DNA of 38,010 nt, taken from positions 1-38,010 of the IMG/VR virus record IMGVR_UViG_3300037565_000020; one strand, given 5' to 3'. This stretch comes from a virus (taxonomy: Duplodnaviria; Caudoviricetes). Made by a program: the position numbers and the translations under genes. The notes under the pieces were generated by a model, which did no database searches, was not told where the DNA came from, and was given only the letters and a program-made list of their open reading frames with translations. Position 1 is the first letter of the stretch. Every line of letters begins with the position of its first letter. Of the stretch, positions 8,545-17,909 are shown piece by piece.

Positions 8545-11500
8545 TGCGAAACACGATTGAAAGCTGGGCGAGCGAGTTCCTGACGATCCCGTACGAGGAT
8601 CTCGGTCGCGACGAGAACGGCGTCGATTGTTGGGGCGGTGTGCGACTCGTCTACTCGAGGGTGTTCGGTGTGGAGCTGCCCAGCATGGATACCGACCGAG
8701 ACCCAGCGCGATACTCAGACCCCAAAGACCCACAATCCACAGCGGCCGTTGTGGATAACTTGACGAGCTCCCGAGATTGGTCCGAAATCGATGACCCTCG
8801 CCCGGGCGATGTCGCGCTCATGCGTCTCGGCCGACTCCCCCATGTAGGGGTGTGCTGCTCAGGCGGGTCAGATCCCGCGGTCCTGCATTGGTCCCCCCGT
8901 ATCGGGGTGGCGATCGAGCGGGTCGGCGACCCCATATTCGGCCCCTCGGTCCGCTCGTGGTGGCGTCATGCCGAAATCGGGCACGAGAAGCCCACGAGGA
9001 TCGACGGAGAGCAGCCCGGGCAGGTTTTGCGACAGATCACTCGCTCGTGGTCTGCGGTCCCTCAGACGGCCCCTATGGGGGCGGTCGCCCCAGCGATCCC
9101 CATGCCCGAGGGGTGCACGGTGCTCGACATGGTCCGGGCGGCGGTCGGCGACGAGGGCGTATCCCGCTCGACGGTCACGCTCGGCGGGCGAGAGCTCGCT
9201 CGCAGCTCGTGGGCACGCATCCGACCAAAAGCGGGCGCCGAGCTCGTGCTCATGACGACCCCCGCGGGCGGCGACGGTAAGAACCCGTTTCGGACTTTCC
9301 TCATGCTCGCCGTCATCGCGGCGGCGGCGTTCGGTCCCCTCGCGCTGGGTCTGCAGGCGGGGACTGCGGGGTTCGCGTTCGCGTCCGGCGCGATCGCGCT
9401 GGGCGGGTCCCTGCTCATCAACACTCTCGCCCCCCCGTCGTCGCTCGACTTCGGAGATCAGCCCGGGCAAGATTTCGCGCCATCGATCTCAGGCGGTCGC
9501 AACTCAGCGCGTCAATATCGCGCGATCCCGATGAACCTCGGAGAGAACCGCGTCGTCCCCGCGCTCGCCGCTCTCCCCTACACCGAGAGCGTCGGCGATG
9601 ACCAATACCTGAGACAGCTATTCGTCGTCAGCTACGGCCCCCAAGAAATCGACGAGATCAAAATCGGCGAGACCCCGATTGAGAACTTCGATGATGTTCA
9701 GGTCGAGATCCGGCGAGGGTTCCCCGGCGAGGACCCGGTCACGCTCTACCCCGGTGTAGTGATTGAGGATCAGTTCGCGATCGACCTCGATTTCTACGGT
9801 CCGACCTCGTTCACACTCAACGGGACGGGGAATGTCATAACGGTGTCGTTCCCGTCCGAGCTGCAGGCAGACGACGAGATCACAATGCGAGCCGTGGGCA
9901 CCTGTGACGCGATCGGTGGTTCGTACACAACGAACGCGGCGGGGATCGCGATGAGCCCGACATTCAACGGACTCCAACCCGGCGAGGCGCCGCCCGGGGG
10001 CAACGGCCCGAACGGGACCGATGTTTACGCATGTTCGATCGCGATATTCGGACCGGGCGTCGATCGCCGAAACTTTTTCTCGAGGATCGCGGCGAACGGA
10101 CTCGGAGACTCGACGCCGACCGATGACATCACCGAGACCGTTCGTCTCGGCGACCTGTTCACCGACCTCGAGCTCGACGAGCTGGGGACCGAGTTCAAGC
10201 TCAGGACTGTCGACAGTTCGTACGGAGACAACTCGGGATCGTTCGTGTGCTCGATCAGCGACGGCCCGGGATGGGTGACGCGAACCAGCGCGGAGAATGC
10301 CGACGAGCTCGCCGTCGAGGTCACGGCGCCCAGCGGCGTCGGTCGGTTCGCGAACGGTGTCCTGCAGCCGATCGATCTCCGGTGCGAGGTCGAGTATCGC
10401 GCGGTCGGCGATACCGATTGGATCGCGGTCAACGATGACGACGGCGCTGATCAGGCCCAGACTCTCGACGACTATTTCGGCGGACCGAACTCGACACTGT
10501 TCGCGACCCGTGTGTCGATCCTCGACATCGACACACCCCCGATCGCGGGCGACTGGCCCGACCCGATCTATTGGGACGACGCATCGAATAACATCGGCGC
10601 CACAGAGCAGGCGCCGCAGCTCATCCGTCTCGCAGCTCCGACGGGCGTGGGCAAGAACTTCGCTCTCGAGTATGAGGCAGACCTGCACCTGACGCCCGAT
10701 GTCGCATCCGCGTTTGGTCTCGGGTCGCCGCCCTACAGCGTTCAGTTCGCCGTCGACGGCGTCGGACCGTTCGAGCTGTTCGTCGACGATCAGCTCGTCG
10801 TGTCTAAGTACACCGAGGACGCGCCAGCGGGTGACGCGAGCGGACCGGATTTCTCGGTTCACAACTCAACCGCGATCGAGTTCGCGACGCATCGATCAGA
10901 TATCCGTCTGCGGTTGCGCGTGGTGCGAACAAAGTCGACAGCCGACGCGGTCAACTACGGCGCAATCGCGCTGGGATGGAAAGTCGATGGTGTACATTCC
11001 GATTTCGAGGTCATCCCGACCCGGGGCTCGGACCAGAACAACGAGCACCCCCTGCATTTCCCGGGCGGTTCATATCCCGGTGTCAGTCAGATCTATTCGG
11101 GCGCCATCGTCAAGGCGTACCAAGTTACCGACCCGAGCTCAGGGAACGAGCTCGCGTTTTTCACGGCGACACAGAACCGCGTTCGTCGCACCCTGTCATG
11201 GGAAGTCGATCGCGGACAATACGAGGTCAGGGTTCGTCGCATCACGCCGACGATCTCGGGGAACGGCGTACTCCAACAACTCGTGTGGACCGCATTGAGG
11301 ACGATCCGACACGAGTATCCGATCAACAAAGACTGTCTCGCGATCATCGCGATCAGGATCAAAGCGAGCGGGCAGCTCAACGGGGTCATCGATCAGCTCT
11401 CGTGTCGCGCGAGATCGATCGGGCTCGACTATGACGCCGACTCGGACGCATGGATTCAGAGGGTCACGAGTAACCCGGCGTCGCTCTATCGTCTCGCCCT

Positions 11501-13616
11501 GCAGGGGAAAGCAAACGGGCGCCGGTCTGAGTTCACCGATGCGGGGATCGATATCGACGAGCTCGAGTATTGGCACGGTCTGAATGTCTCTCGGGGTCTC
11601 GAGTTCAACGCCGTCATCGAACAGCGCCGAACGCTGTTCCAGATCCTCGCGTCGATCGCGTCCGCGGGTCGCGCGTCGTTCACGATGAAAGACTCTCTGT
11701 TCTCGGTCGTCATCGACGAGGAAAAGTCGACGCCGGTTCAGCACCTCACCCCGAGAAACACTCGGGGGCTGACGGGCGACAAAGTGTTCCCCAAGATCCC
11801 GCACGCGCTGCGCGTTCAGTTCGTCAACAAAGAACAGGGGTATCAACAGGACGAAAGAATCGTCCTCGACGACGGGTATCAGTTCAACGGCGTCGATGCG
11901 TTCGGAGATCCCGGGGGAGCTCTCCCCGAGGCGACACGATTCGAGTCGATCTCGTTCTATGGGACGACATCACCCGACGAGGCATGGAAACACGGCCGCT
12001 ATCACTTGGCGGTGATGCGACTGAGACCTGAGCGGATCTCGCTCGACATGGACATTGAGAACATCGCATGTCATCGCGGCGATCTCGTTCTATTGACGCA
12101 CGATGTCCCGCTCGTGGGCATCGGTTCAGCTCGCATCGTCGAGCGAGAGACAGACGGGTCGGGCGACCTGCTCAAGCTGTATCTCGACGACGAGCTCACA
12201 TTCGGCGCCGGTTCGTATCAGATCCGCGTTCGTCGCGAGGATGGGTCGACCGAGATCCACCCGATCACAGTCGCGGCCGGGACGACCTCGGTTGTGGAGC
12301 TCACGACACCGATCGCGCCGCCCGCGGGCGACTGGCCCGAAATCGGTTCGCTCGTGCTCGCCGGCGAGGTCGACAGTGAGTCGATCGAAATGCTCGTCGA
12401 TCAGATCCAGCCGAGCAGCGACCTGTCTGCAAAGCTGACCCTCGTTCCACACTCACCCGCGATCCACGATGCCGACACCGGGACGATCCCCGATTTTGAT
12501 TCTGGCATCACCCAGCCCCCGGGCGAGCAGAACGCGCCCGACGCGCCGACGGTGCTGACGATCGCGTCTGATTCGAGTGTGTTGAGCGTCAACCCTGACG
12601 GGACCGTCGACCCGAAAATCGTTCTCTCGGTCGGCAACGCCCCGTCGACGAACCCGCCCGCGGTTGAGTACGAACTGCTCTATCGCCGACAGGCGGGGAC
12701 CGGCGAGACCTCGGTTTCATATACCTCGGTCCCGAGCGTCCCCGCGTCTGACGGGGTGTTCACGATCCCGGGCGTCGTCGTGGGCAGGACATACGAGATC
12801 CGGGTTCGATCGATCGACGCCGACGGCCGGTTCAGCACATACACCGACACGACGCACACGGTCGCGGGATGGGATCTCGCGCCGGACGCGCTCGCGTCGT
12901 TCGACCTGTCTGAGCTCGGCGACTCGACCCGTCGTTTCTCGTGGGCGTACGCATCGACGGCGCCGAACATACACGGCGTCGAGATCCGGTTCGGATCAAC
13001 GGACGCGGTATCGTGGGACGACCTCATTCCGATCACGAGCTCGATCATTGCCGTGTCGCCGTACGACACCGACGATCCGGACGCCGGGACGCGCAAGTTC
13101 GCCGCGTCTGTCGTGGATCTGCAAGGCAACTATTCAACGGCGTCGATCATCGAGCGCACCCTCGGCGCCTCGCCGTCGGGCGACACCCTGACGGTCGTGA
13201 ACGCCCGCGTCGACGGATGGGATGGGACGCTGTCTCAGTGTTGGGAAAACTCCGAGAACGAGCTCGAGGTCAACGACACGACCGATTGGGACGCGCTCGA
13301 TTCAGGCGGTGTCACATGGGACGAATACACACGATGGAATCGATCGCCACAAACATCGATGTCATACACGAAACAGGTCGATCTCGGTTCGGAGATCTCG
13401 GCGCAAGTTTCGCTCTACGCGAGATCTCGAGGCGGGACACGGACCGACGAGATCCGTTACGCTGGGGCTGACCTTGTGTTCAGTTCGTGGGCGGACGCGA
13501 GCACGCTCGAGAACATGCCGATCACGGCCCGGTATGTCGAGGCGCGTTCTACGATCGACGGTGACGGGTCTGAGGTCCTCGTGCTCGAGCAGCAAGGCAT
13601 CATTATTCGGAGTTAG
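8544..13616 (+). CDS. Fused tail tip protein: NlpC/P60 (gpK-like) + gpI-like + gpJ/TipJ host-specificity protein with FN3-like domains (1690 aa)
   Basis: N-terminal GRDENGVDCWG...PHVGV...VLH (NlpC/P60 Cys/His/His); gpI-like hydrophobic segment; TipJ motifs (GQYEVRVRRIT, IKASGQLNG, TSNPA, PHALRVQF); FN3-like repeats near the C-terminus. Confidence 0.88.
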   Translation: MRNTIESWASEFLTIPYEDLGRDENGVDCWGGVRLVYSRVFGVELPSMDTDRDPARYSDPKDPQSTAAVVDNLTSSRDWSEIDDPRPGDVALMRLGRLPHVGVCCSGGSDPAVLHWSPRIGVAIERVGDPIFGPSVRSWWRHAEIGHEKPTRIDGEQPGQVLRQITRSWSAVPQTAPMGAVAPAIPMPEGCTVLDMVRAAVGDEGVSRSTVTLGGRELARSSWARIRPKAGAELVLMTTPAGGDGKNPFRTFLMLAVIAAAAFGPLALGLQAGTAGFAFASGAIALGGSLLINTLAPPSSLDFGDQPGQDFAPSISGGRNSARQYRAIPMNLGENRVVPALAALPYTESVGDDQYLRQLFVVSYGPQEIDEIKIGETPIENFDDVQVEIRRGFPGEDPVTLYPGVVIEDQFAIDLDFYGPTSFTLNGTGNVITVSFPSELQADDEITMRAVGTCDAIGGSYTTNAAGIAMSPTFNGLQPGEAPPGGNGPNGTDVYACSIAIFGPGVDRRNFFSRIAANGLGDSTPTDDITETVRLGDLFTDLELDELGTEFKLRTVDSSYGDNSGSFVCSISDGPGWVTRTSAENADELAVEVTAPSGVGRFANGVLQPIDLRCEVEYRAVGDTDWIAVNDDDGADQAQTLDDYFGGPNSTLFATRVSILDIDTPPIAGDWPDPIYWDDASNNIGATEQAPQLIRLAAPTGVGKNFALEYEADLHLTPDVASAFGLGSPPYSVQFAVDGVGPFELFVDDQLVVSKYTEDAPAGDASGPDFSVHNSTAIEFATHRSDIRLRLRVVRTKSTADAVNYGAIALGWKVDGVHSDFEVIPTRGSDQNNEHPLHFPGGSYPGVSQIYSGAIVKAYQVTDPSSGNELAFFTATQNRVRRTLSWEVDRGQYEVRVRRITPTISGNGVLQQLVWTALRTIRHEYPINKDCLAIIAIRIKASGQLNGVIDQLSCRARSIGLDYDADSDAWIQRVTSNPASLYRLALQGKANGRRSEFTDAGIDIDELEYWHGLNVSRGLEFNAVIEQRRTLFQILASIASAGRASFTMKDSLFSVVIDEEKSTPVQHLTPRNTRGLTGDKVFPKIPHALRVQFVNKEQGYQQDERIVLDDGYQFNGVDAFGDPGGALPEATRFESISFYGTTSPDEAWKHGRYHLAVMRLRPERISLDMDIENIACHRGDLVLLTHDVPLVGIGSARIVERETDGSGDLLKLYLDDELTFGAGSYQIRVRREDGSTEIHPITVAAGTTSVVELTTPIAPPAGDWPEIGSLVLAGEVDSESIEMLVDQIQPSSDLSAKLTLVPHSPAIHDADTGTIPDFDSGITQPPGEQNAPDAPTVLTIASDSSVLSVNPDGTVDPKIVLSVGNAPSTNPPAVEYELLYRRQAGTGETSVSYTSVPSVPASDGVFTIPGVVVGRTYEIRVRSIDADGRFSTYTDTTHTVAGWDLAPDALASFDLSELGDSTRRFSWAYASTAPNIHGVEIRFGSTDAVSWDDLIPITSSIIAVSPYDTDDPDAGTRKFAASVVDLQGNYSTASIIERTLGASPSGDTLTVVNARVDGWDGTLSQCWENSENELEVNDTTDWDALDSGGVTWDEYTRWNRSPQTSMSYTKQVDLGSEISAQVSLYARSRGGTRTDEIRYAGADLVFSSWADASTLENMPITARYVEARSTIDGDGSEVLVLEQQGIIIRS

Positions 13617-13620
13617 TTTT

Positions 13621-13956
13621 ATGGAGCTCACGCAGTTCGTCATCGGTATCATTTCATTCGCGATTGTGCTCGGCGGAACCTTTGTCGGGATCGGGTGGTT
13701 CGTCGGAAAAAAGATCATCGAGCTCAAGGACTCGCAGCACAACAGCACAGTCGCAGCGGTTAAAGAAATGAGCTCGCTGAACACGAACATCAGCACGGTG
13801 TCGACTCAAATGGGGCAGCTCTCCAAAGAGGTCGGCGCCCTGAGCACACAGATTCACGAGACGAATCTCGCGATGAAAGAAACCGCAAAACAGGTTCACG
13901 ATCACGAGGCGAGACTGTCGGTCGTCGAGCATGTGGTTCGTGAGGTCGCAAGCTGA
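13621..13956 (+). CDS. Single-TM coiled-coil membrane protein, holin/XhlA-like (111 aa)
   Basis: Start is the ATG at 13621. N-terminal TM segment FVIGIISFAIVLGGTFVGIGWFV, a heptad-like region, and a C-terminal DHEARLSVVE. Confidence 0.55.
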   Translation: MELTQFVIGIISFAIVLGGTFVGIGWFVGKKIIELKDSQHNSTVAAVKEMSSLNTNISTVSTQMGQLSKEVGALSTQIHETNLAMKETAKQVHDHEARLSVVEHVVREVAS

Positions 13957-13967
13957 AAGGGATCATC

Positions 13968-14678
13968 ATGACATGGGGCGACTCTGCAAACATCGATACG
14001 ACGAACATGGACGCGGGCACGGACTCACCCGCTCAGGCGAGATCCAATCTCAAGGCGATCGCCGACGAGCTCACGAATGTCATCGACGGACTCGGCACGG
14101 CCGAGGGTCCCGCGTCGCTCGACGCGAACAGCCGCGTGAACATCACTCAGCTCATGATCGAGTTCGGGACATCGTTCCCGGCGGTGACGACACACCCTTA
14201 CGGATACAGGGTGTTCAGGACCGACCTCGGGGAATGGTTTACGCTCATGGACGCGACCGTCTGGGGCGGATCGGGGAACGCATGGGTCGGCGACCGTGTG
14301 GAGACTGTGGGCGGTGGGCGAGAGATATCGACCACAACCAGCCCCGTCGACATGCACGGCTGGGGCGGCGTCGACAAGATGGATTCAGATCGCGGGTTCT
14401 ACCTCGCGAACGACATGCTCATTACGGGCGCCGTGTTCAGCATGGATAAGAATCAGGCAGGGACCGACATCACATTCAAGATCTATCGAGGGGCGTCGGC
14501 GGTCGTCACGCTCACCACAGACGACGACTATTTCCTCGCCCTACCCAGCGCCGTCGCGAGCTGGGAACCCGTCGATTCAGGCGATGTCCTGTGGGCACAG
14601 CTCGAGATCGATGACGCGAATACCGTCGCCGACCCGATGTTCCGGGTATGCTTACAGCGAGTCATCGCTGCGACCTGA
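13968..14678 (+). CDS. Putative virion fibre/tip accessory protein
   Basis: N-terminal IDTTNMDAGTDSPAQARSNLK resembles phage fibre-attachment segments; beta-rich C-terminus; located after TipJ. Confidence 0.55.
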   Translation: MTWGDSANIDTTNMDAGTDSPAQARSNLKAIADELTNVIDGLGTAEGPASLDANSRVNITQLMIEFGTSFPAVTTHPYGYRVFRTDLGEWFTLMDATVWGGSGNAWVGDRVETVGGGREISTTTSPVDMHGWGGVDKMDSDRGFYLANDMLITGAVFSMDKNQAGTDITFKIYRGASAVVTLTTDDDYFLALPSAVASWEPVDSGDVLWAQLEIDDANTVADPMFRVCLQRVIAAT

Positions 14679-14706
14679 CTCCAGAGGTCCACGACTCCAT
14701 GAACGG

Positions 14707-14741
14707 CGCCGCCCCTGTCGATATGATGGGGGCGGCGTTTT
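14707..14741 (+). terminator. Intrinsic terminator
   Basis: CGCCGCCCC...GGGGCGGCG stem followed by TTTT in the intergenic gap. Confidence 0.65.
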
Positions 14742-14777
14742 CACATTCACACGGACCAGATCGAGCGGAGACATACG

Positions 14778-17700
14778 ATGTCGACAGCAACTTGCACAGA
14801 GTTTTGGGTCACGACCGGGGGGCGTCGCTGGAAAGCGAAGTTTGAATATGCTGACCTCACCCCGAACAGGACACAGCGCCCAGTTCTCGGAACACTACTC
14901 TCATTCTCAAACGGCGCGATCGCAAAGGTCGACGGCGTCACGCTCGACCCGGATGGTGTGGGCGGAAAGCTCGTCGTGTACGCGACGGGGCTGCTCGCCC
15001 AGCGCATGCGGAGATCGGACGGGCACGCTCTCACGGTCTCGGCGAGCGGCGCGGTGTTCGACGACACGGCCGGGAATACCTCGTCGGTGCTGACGGGGCA
15101 GACGGTCCTTAATCGGTCGGCGATGAACGACGCGCGGGATGATTTTGAGTTCCCCATACCCGATCACACGATCCCGGGCATCACAACCCCGGCCGATCTC
15201 AGTCATTCAAATTTGTTCGCCGACTATGACCCTGAACAACAGGATTTTGCGAACGACTCGCTGCACGACTACGCGACAGACGAGTCGGGGAACTCGCATA
15301 ACGGGTACTGCAGATCGCCGGGCAACCCCGCGAGACAAATCCAGTTCAAGCGTGACTATTTCGGGTCTGGACTTCATGCGTACGCATCGATCGACTCGGC
15401 AAGAATCCGCGTCGACGACTCGACAGACGGGTCAGACTTCAACCATGATTTCACGACGACATCGTTCGCGGTCATCTATGTCGGCGAGACGACGGCGAGC
15501 TCGGTCAACCTCATCAGCGGGGGTGGACTCAGCGTCGGACTTAATCAGCCGTTCGGGGGGCAGCCGATCGGGTTCTCGTCGTCGAACAATACAAGGCGAA
15601 TGATAGCGGGAAACGAAAAAACGGTTCAGGGTTTCACATGGAATCACTCGACAAGCGAGCTCACGCGATGGGTTATGGGTCGACCTGTGGAGACTGAGAC
15701 TGTCGCGTCACCCAGCTCGGCGAGCGAGATGCTGCTGCTGATCGCGCCCGCCTCGAGCGCCCAAGATTATTGGATGCAGCGAATGGTCGTCTATCGGTCC
15801 ACGACAGCGCCAGCCGTCACCGATGATGAGATGCGGGGTCTCATGTCGAGGGCGATGCAGCAATACTCGTGCACGCCGAGGACGCTGTATGTGTCGGCGA
15901 CGGGCGACGATTCAAACGACGGACTCACCGACTCGACGCCGGTTCAGACGATAGGTGAGGCCCTCGGCCGATACCGTCCGGCGATCGGCGAGCAGATCCG
16001 AGTTAAGTTCGGAGACACATTCGCGTCGATTGGTAGTACCAATGCCGGCGACACCCCGGGGATGCTCGAGGGTCAGAGCTGGGATGATCGCGCTGTCATG
16101 TGTGGCTATGGGGATCGCGCCGACGGCCGATACGACTTCGGCGTAAACGAGTTTGAGTCGAGCGAATACTCAACGATCGCGGGCGCCGCGTTCTCAAATC
16201 CAACCGGGAACCACCTGAGCCCGTCGTTCGACAGATCGGCGACGGAAGCGAGCCCGGTAAGCTCGCCCCTGAGCTGGGCGGGGAGCTCGGGGACTGAAGA
16301 TGTCGTCATGGTCGACATATGGATCGAGGGCAGGACTAGCGGGATTGTGGTCGAGGCGGGAAGCACGGGACAAAGTTGGTTCGAAGTCTATCGAACCCAG
16401 ATGGAGGGTATTTGGGCACAGGGCACGGGCAACCGTCCGCAAGGCATTTTTGCGGGAAGCGGAACGGGGGGGATGTGTCATTGGGAAGATGTCTCAATGA
16501 GTCAGCCCGGTCATGTCGATGACGGGACTCGCACAATCTACGATCATGGGTTCTACACATACAACTATGCGACGACTACCGACGACTGCATTGTGTGGGA
16601 TGCGTCTGCTCACGGGATCATGTCGCGTTCTGTGGGTATCACTCAGGGGTGTCTCGTCATGCAATGCCCGGTCGGAATCACGGGCGGGCACGGCGGTCAG
16701 ATCGTCTACAACAATGTGTGCATCGGAGGGAGCAACCAGACACCGACGGGCGCGAATCGACAGATTTGGGTCGGGTCGGGCACCTACAACCGCGTCGTCG
16801 ATAATCTTGTCATCGCCGAGCCGAGCATTCTCGGAACAGCCGTCGCGATGAATCTCGCATCAAAGAGCTACGCCGACAATCAGGGAAACTTTACGCTCGA
16901 CAGCGATTGGGAAGTCATCGTTGAGAACAACACGATCCGAGGGGCGTTCCCTGTCAGGTTCGATCCTGAGCGGACCGATGAGATCGGGACTCTCTCGTTC
17001 GTTCGAAATGTCCTCGACTGTGGAGCGAGCGAACTGATCCAATCCGACGACGACCTGTCGCTGATCCCATCGCTGTCGATCGATCACAATCTCTATGTGA
17101 GCACCGACTCGACCCCGTTTGAGAACGGCGGCGTCTCAATGAACCGGGCGACATGGGACACGGAGGTCAGCGATGGAAGCGTCGCCGTTCGTTCGTCGAG
17201 CCCCACATACACAGACGACACGCGAGACGCGCTGACATGGCACAGTTCGCAGAAGTCGGGCGACGGGACATACGCCGGTCTCATGGCGGACGCACACGCC
17301 GCACACGCGACCGGATGGGATTCGACTTGGGGAGCTCGAGAGATAGTCAACTGGATTCGAGGCGGTCACCTGCTCGTGGGTGAGGTCTCGACCGATTTCG
17401 GCGGCGGCATCCCGGGGCTGATATTCCCGCCCGTCTCGACGACGCTCGACCCTGAGAACGGCGAGTCGAATGTCGCCGAGAGTCAAGTATTCGAGACCAT
17501 CCTCAATGAAGAAGTCGACGCGGGCGAGGGTACGATCGAGCTTCGGAGATTGTCGGACGATTCCGTCGTCGACAGTATCTCGGCGAGCGCTGTGACAATC
17601 AATGTCAGCGACCGTCGCGAGGTCACCCTCGACGGTCTCTCAGCTCTGGGTGCCGGTGACGGCGTGTACTACATTCACATACCAGAGGGCGCGTTCGCCT

Positions 17701-17834
17701 CAAGGACGACCGGCGAGGACTTCGCGGGGATAACAGACAACTCGACATGGAGGTTCACGATCGGGTCAGCGAGCTCGGGGCCCCGTCGGGTCATCCGCTC
17801 GGCTGTGGGTCTGGGTGTGCGACTGGCATCGTAG
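14778..17834 (+). CDS. Large receptor-binding/fibre protein: LamG-like + right-handed beta-helix + SbsA-type Ig-like (Big_5) domain (1018 aa)
   Basis: GGAG RBS. DESGNSHNG LamG-type start; TLYVSATGDDSNDG...PVQTIGEAL beta-helix entry motif; repeated V.NN ladders; C-terminal LDPENGESNV...YYIHIPEGAF...FAGITDNSTWRFT Ig-like domain. Confidence 0.75.
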   Translation: MSTATCTEFWVTTGGRRWKAKFEYADLTPNRTQRPVLGTLLSFSNGAIAKVDGVTLDPDGVGGKLVVYATGLLAQRMRRSDGHALTVSASGAVFDDTAGNTSSVLTGQTVLNRSAMNDARDDFEFPIPDHTIPGITTPADLSHSNLFADYDPEQQDFANDSLHDYATDESGNSHNGYCRSPGNPARQIQFKRDYFGSGLHAYASIDSARIRVDDSTDGSDFNHDFTTTSFAVIYVGETTASSVNLISGGGLSVGLNQPFGGQPIGFSSSNNTRRMIAGNEKTVQGFTWNHSTSELTRWVMGRPVETETVASPSSASEMLLLIAPASSAQDYWMQRMVVYRSTTAPAVTDDEMRGLMSRAMQQYSCTPRTLYVSATGDDSNDGLTDSTPVQTIGEALGRYRPAIGEQIRVKFGDTFASIGSTNAGDTPGMLEGQSWDDRAVMCGYGDRADGRYDFGVNEFESSEYSTIAGAAFSNPTGNHLSPSFDRSATEASPVSSPLSWAGSSGTEDVVMVDIWIEGRTSGIVVEAGSTGQSWFEVYRTQMEGIWAQGTGNRPQGIFAGSGTGGMCHWEDVSMSQPGHVDDGTRTIYDHGFYTYNYATTTDDCIVWDASAHGIMSRSVGITQGCLVMQCPVGITGGHGGQIVYNNVCIGGSNQTPTGANRQIWVGSGTYNRVVDNLVIAEPSILGTAVAMNLASKSYADNQGNFTLDSDWEVIVENNTIRGAFPVRFDPERTDEIGTLSFVRNVLDCGASELIQSDDDLSLIPSLSIDHNLYVSTDSTPFENGGVSMNRATWDTEVSDGSVAVRSSSPTYTDDTRDALTWHSSQKSGDGTYAGLMADAHAAHATGWDSTWGAREIVNWIRGGHLLVGEVSTDFGGGIPGLIFPPVSTTLDPENGESNVAESQVFETILNEEVDAGEGTIELRRLSDDSVVDSISASAVTINVSDRREVTLDGLSALGAGDGVYYIHIPEGAFASRTTGEDFAGITDNSTWRFTIGSASSGPRRVIRSAVGLGVRLAS

Positions 17835-17840
17835 ACAAAT

Positions 17841-17868
17841 AAAAACCCCCGGCGAGAGTGACCGGGGG
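17841..17868 (-). terminator. Intrinsic terminator for the antisense lipoprotein gene (possibly bidirectional)
   Basis: AAAAA-CCCCCGG-9 nt-CCGGGGG between convergent genes; the U-tract is on the minus strand. Confidence 0.7.
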
Positions 17869-17909
17869 CATCGAGACACAACGGGTTGAGTTACGCCCGT
17901 TTTTTCGTG

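Noticed and set aside
9618-10862. 414-aa minus-strand ORF and the many other long antisense or alternate-frame ORFs (e.g. 37063-38001, 33035-33844, 5902-6651)
   Set aside because: They are shadows of well-supported + strand genes in a high-GC genome, with Arg-rich or otherwise implausible composition and no recognisable motifs.
14778-17834. Diversity-generating retroelement target in the fibre genes
   Set aside because: No reverse transcriptase and no template/variable repeat pair were seen.
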